Shown: in pieces, positions 62,992-64,000 of the stretch
How positions within the stretch are numbered: the first letter of the stretch is position 1
How the letters are laid out: each line of letters opens with the position of its first letter
Assembly (NCBI RefSeq): GCF_006345805.1
Contig: NC_042999.1
Coordinates: 173,166,001 to 173,230,000, forward strand
DNA length: 64,000 nucleotides
Direction of reading: 5' to 3'
Source of the DNA: Octopus sinensis
Lineage: Eukaryota
Position numbers and translations under genes: made by a program
Notes under the pieces: generated by a model
The model's input: the letters and a program-made list of their open reading frames with translations, nothing else
What the model was told of the DNA's origin: nothing
The model's database searches: none

Positions 62992-63735
62992 TCTTTGGCT
63001 GCTATTTCTAAATTTTCGGTATGTGGTGAAGCAAATTTTGCTTAACCCTCAATTATATTTAATTATATATAAAAAAAACGTTTTGTAAAAGTTTCTACCG
63101 ATAATGGTTTTCATTCCATACCGAAACTACTTGGTAAAATTTATTAATTATTAAATTAATAATTCTTTACCCTATATATGTAATGATTTTTTCACTCCCG
63201 CATAACAAACTGCAGTTTTCTTTCTGTGGTACCATCTTGTGACGCACATGGAGGGAAATACGAATTCACTCGTCTATATAAATGTGGATGTGCTGACTAC
63301 CTTCTGTTATTTTCTAATGGCACTTGATAGGGATGCAAAGGGTAGGATCCTAGCATTTTCAGATTTATAAATTCTCGAAATATTATGCCGACGAAGGAAA
63401 TGAATTTGTGTAATTCTAATCCAGAAACGCGTCCAAAATTAATGAAAGACCGATTTCGTTATTTTTCCTTCTTTTTGCCTATGTGAGTTACTAATATTTT
63501 TATCTGTGGAGTCATATCTGTAATAAAAAGGAATGAGCTATCTTTGGCTGCTCTTTCTGAATATTCGATATGTGGTGAAGCAACTTGTTGCTTAGCCATT
63601 AATCATATTTAATCATATATAAAATAGAAATTTGTAAAAGTTTCTACCGATAATGGTTTTCTTTCTATACCGAAAGTACTTGGTAAAATTAATTAATTAT
63701 TAAATTAATAATTCTTTACCCTATATCTGTAATGT
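62992..63735 (+). mobile_element. Older retrozyme-like tandem array, ~1.35 copies of a 549-bp unit related to the 593-bp unit
   Basis: TCTTTGGCTGCT.TTTCT at 62992 and 63541; shares its first ~150 bp with the 593-bp unit; ends in (TA)n. Confidence 0.72.
63382..63439 (+). ncRNA. Type I hammerhead ribozyme, partly decayed
   Basis: ATTATG-CCGACGA-A-GGAAATGAATT tgtgt AATTCTAATCC-A-GAAAC-GC-GTC-CAAAAT; core U4 to C, one stem I mismatch. Confidence 0.68.
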
Positions 63736-63833
63736 ATATATATATGTGTAGATAGAAATATTATTATGTATGTAGATATATTACATATATATATATGTAT
63801 ATATTATATATATATTTATATGTATATATATAT

Positions 63834-63864
<31 letters not shown>

Positions 63865-64000
63865 GTACATGTTTATATATATATATATGTATATATCTAT
63901 TTATATATTATATATATAGGTATTTATATATTATATATATATATATATATTATATATATATATATATATACATATGTACATATATATATTATATATTATA
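63735..64000. repeat. Complex (TA)n microsatellite
   Basis: Directly visible. Confidence 0.95.

Overview
AT-rich, microsatellite-dense animal DNA. The SINE and repeat families resemble those I recall from Octopus genomes (inference, not verified). I found no host protein-coding gene I can support; most ORF-track entries are microsatellite read-throughs or antisense shadows of retroelement ORFs. The window is a stack of transposable elements: a near-intact CR1-group LINE (9.1-13.9 kb), many R4/Dong-type restriction-like-endonuclease LINE fragments sitting in (AAT)n, a HERO-type fragment, RTE remnants, a Ty3/Gypsy RNaseH-integrase plus 3' LTR, several Penelope-like element (PLE) remnants, Tc1, MULE, Tigger-like MITE, Helitron, a 1.8-kb foldback and tRNA-derived SINEs. 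The standout signal is a set of type I hammerhead ribozyme (HHR) motifs. (1) An apparently identical 593-bp tandem array (24916-26163) has an intact-looking HHR in each unit, i.e. a retrozyme-like element predicted to release a 593-nt, possibly circular RNA. (2) An older related 549-bp array lies at 63 kb. (3) A PLE terminal repeat combines a tRNA-like Pol III head, an (AAT)n tract and a minimal dimer-type HHR. Also notable is a head-to-tail array of gag-only (HAL1-like) units with a covarying 3' stem-loop. All alignments were done by eye; boundaries of decayed elements are approximate.
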